Shown here piece by piece: positions 61,440-64,000 of a DNA stretch of 64,000 nt. A model generated the notes under the pieces. That model was not told where the DNA came from, made no database searches, and saw nothing but the letters and a program-made list of their open reading frames with translations. The DNA lies in contig NC_043020.1 in the NCBI RefSeq assembly GCF_006345805.1, positions 20,026,001-20,090,000 on the forward strand, in the 5' to 3' direction. Position 1 is the stretch's first letter; each line of letters starts with the position of its first letter. The position numbers and the translations under genes are program-made. The stretch is from Octopus sinensis. Its lineage: Eukaryota.

Positions 61440-62113
61440 AATTTATCTTGTTTGTTGTTAACACAACGTTTCAAATCTAGGTTCTCATTCCTAAGGTATT
61501 TTTCAATGTTGTTATTATTATTATTACTATTCAAAATCAAAATCAAAATCGAAATCGATCAACATCAATGGAAATTGTAGCTGTGATACCAGTGCCGGTG
61601 GCATGTAAGAGAACCAGCCGAACGGTGGCACATAAAAAGCACCATCCAATCGTGGCCGTTTGCCAGCCTCCTCTGGCACCTGTGCCAGTGGCACGTAAAA
61701 AGCACCCACTACACTCATGGAGTGGTTTGGCGTTAGGAAGGACATCCAGCTGTAGAAACACTGCCAGCTCAGACTGGTGCCTGGTGCAGCCTTCTGGCTT
61801 CCCAGACCGTCCAACCGTTGAACCGTCCAACCCATAATGATGATGATGATTCAGGTCACTGCTTTGAAGTGAACTCAGAATCTTGGGGTTAGTAGCCTGT
61901 GCACTTAACCACTACACCATATGCCTGTGGGCAATAAGGGAGTGATTTTTAGAGCTTATAAATCTAATATTTGCCTATCCTTCCTTAATACCAGCACTAG
62001 GTCTGCTTAGGTCTGAAGAAGGCTGGAGAGTATATCAGCCGAAACAAACAAGATGAGGACAAATATCCATCAAATGTAAAAAATGTACATAATTTCTCAT
62101 CTCTCAAATATAG
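61440..62113. mobile_element. Penelope terminal repeat (same family as 4902-5438): a - copy split by an RTE 3' end, plus an inverted + copy with a hammerhead core at 62013-62045
   Basis: GGTTCTCATTCCTAAGGTATTTTTCAATG and the tRNA-like head (61850-61930) match 5036-5165. Core reads CTGAAGA-A-GGCTG...CAGCC-GAAAC. Confidence 0.8.
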
Positions 62114-62149
62114 AGCCATACATGACATTTTGGACTTATTATTATTATT

Positions 62150-62770
62150 ATCCCTATTATTATCACCTTTATCATTATCATCGTCATTATTATTATTATT
62201 GGTATTATTATTATTATTATTATTGAGTGAGAGAGCAGTGCATGCCATCAAAGTGACACTGGGGTAAAATATATGAAGCCCAGTATACCCATCATGACTA
62301 CCCGTCTGATAAGGGTACACCAGGCACATGCATCACAACCATATGTGCGTGATATGGTGATCTCATATCAAGATAAACAGCACATGACCTTGCAGGTGGG
62401 GCCCAGTTAGAATTTTCTTCTGGTCGAGTAACCCATCCCACTCAAAAGGTCTTTGAATAAGGGTTATTTAAGGATGTTGAACGAACCACCCATGTTTCCA
62501 GAGGTGAATTATCCAAACCCCAAAGAATTCCTTTCAACACATGGCTATGATGCTCCCCCACCACTTCTGCTCGTGATCAGAGATGCACATATCGTCAGTC
62601 ACTAAGGAACATGCTCAACTGGTTACGGTCAAACAACTGACAAGCAAATCTGTGGTATTGAGCAGAATATTTGCTGTAGCCCATCTTTTATACCAAGACA
62701 AAACAATGTACATGATAACACTTCCAATCAGTTAAGATCAGAAGCCATGAGAGCCACTGCCTGGCACTGC
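62150..62770 (-). repeat. Interspersed repeat bounded by (TTA)n tracts, possibly a non-LTR 3' end
   Basis: A GC-richer block between (TTA)n arrays; no protein motif recognised. Confidence 0.35.
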
Positions 62771-63479
62771 ATTATTATTATTACTATTATTATTATTATT
62801 ACTATTATTATTTATGGTGTGCATAGATGTATTTATATTTGAAATCAATGTTCTTGACACCAGGTCACAATGAATTACCCTTGATATTAAGGACCTTTTT
62901 TACTACTACTACTACTAATACTAATACTGCTGTTACTAAGGTAGTGAGCTAGCAGAATTGTTACCATGCTAGACAAAATTTTTGCAGTCTTATGGCTATG
63001 ACAGAGCTGTGTGTGTGTGTGTTTGTGTGTGTGTTGTGTGTGTGTGTGTGTGTGCGCGTGCGTGCATGCGTGCGTGCATGCGTGCGTGCATGCGTGTGTG
63101 TGTGTGTGTGTGTTATGTAAAGGGATTAAAAACTATTTAATCAACTAAGTCCATTTCAATTTCAGCTATATTAAAAGAATATGAATTAATCTGGCAGTAG
63201 AGGATTAAGTTTTGTTGATTGATTTAATTAAGGTTGAAGTTCATGAACAAATCAACAGACAGATCAAAACTATTTGACAATGGGATCGTTTATTCCTCCT
63301 CAAAATCGTTCTTTTGTTCAGATTAATTTATGAATAATCCAGAAATAGGCACAGGCATAGCTGGGTAGTAAGAAGTTTGCTTCTCAAACATGTGATTATG
63401 GGTTCAATCCCACTGTGCAATAACTTGATCAAGTGTCTTCCACTATAGCCCCAGGCTGATCAAAGCCTTTGTGAGTGGA

Positions 63480-63529
<50 letters not shown>

Positions 63530-64000
63530 TGTGTGTGTGTACGTGTGTGTGTGTGTGTGTTTGTATTTGTCTCCCATCACCATTTAACAAGCAGTGTTGA
63601 TTTATTTACATCCCTGTAGTTCAGTAGTTTGGCAGAATGAGGCAACAGAATAAGTACCAGGACTTACAAATAATTTCTAGGGTTAATTTGTTTGACAAAA
63701 CCCTTCAAGGTGCTGCCCCAGCCTAGCCACAGTCCAAAGACTAAAACAAGTAAAAATATAACTAAGTTTTATAGTATGATATGATGTGGTTTGCTGTTGA
63801 TGGGGTTGATCTGACAGCATACCTGCCTGCATTGGAACTTGTCTTCACCGTCATGTATTATACTCTATTACAGCACATTGATGATACTACAGCAAAAAGT
63901 CGTTCCAATTAAGTGCAAGTTCTTCAATTGAAAGGAGCCATAGCATGACTTCATTCTGACTTTCTCAACGTGTTTTCTTGGCAGCAATGTTGGGATGGTT

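Overview
Animal genomic DNA, AT-rich and dense in repeats and microsatellites. The SINE and RTE families resemble those of Octopus, which is an inference about the source. Two divergently transcribed genes are recognisable by hand translation. RPTOR (Raptor, mTORC1) lies on the - strand with six 5' coding exons (14501->2608). SUFU (Suppressor of fused) lies on the + strand with two coding exons (25935-26104 and 60316-60453) separated by a 34-kb intron. The rest is mostly decayed mobile DNA: mariner/Tc1, pogo, hAT, piggyBac, Helitron, RTE/CR1/R4 LINEs, Gypsy, Penelope and tRNA-derived SINEs. Four observations stand out. (1) A Penelope-associated repeat joins a tRNA-like Pol III promoter to a minimal dimer-type hammerhead ribozyme; one copy is an inverted dimer with a 16-bp TSD in a Raptor intron. 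(2) An LTR followed by a 37-nt reverse copy of mature tRNA-Trp sits without a TSD in a gag-pol junction. (3) A 38-codon uORF is in frame with Raptor and separated from it by a single UGA. (4) CpG decay differs between intragenic and intergenic repeat copies. Repeat boundaries are approximate and no database searches were run.
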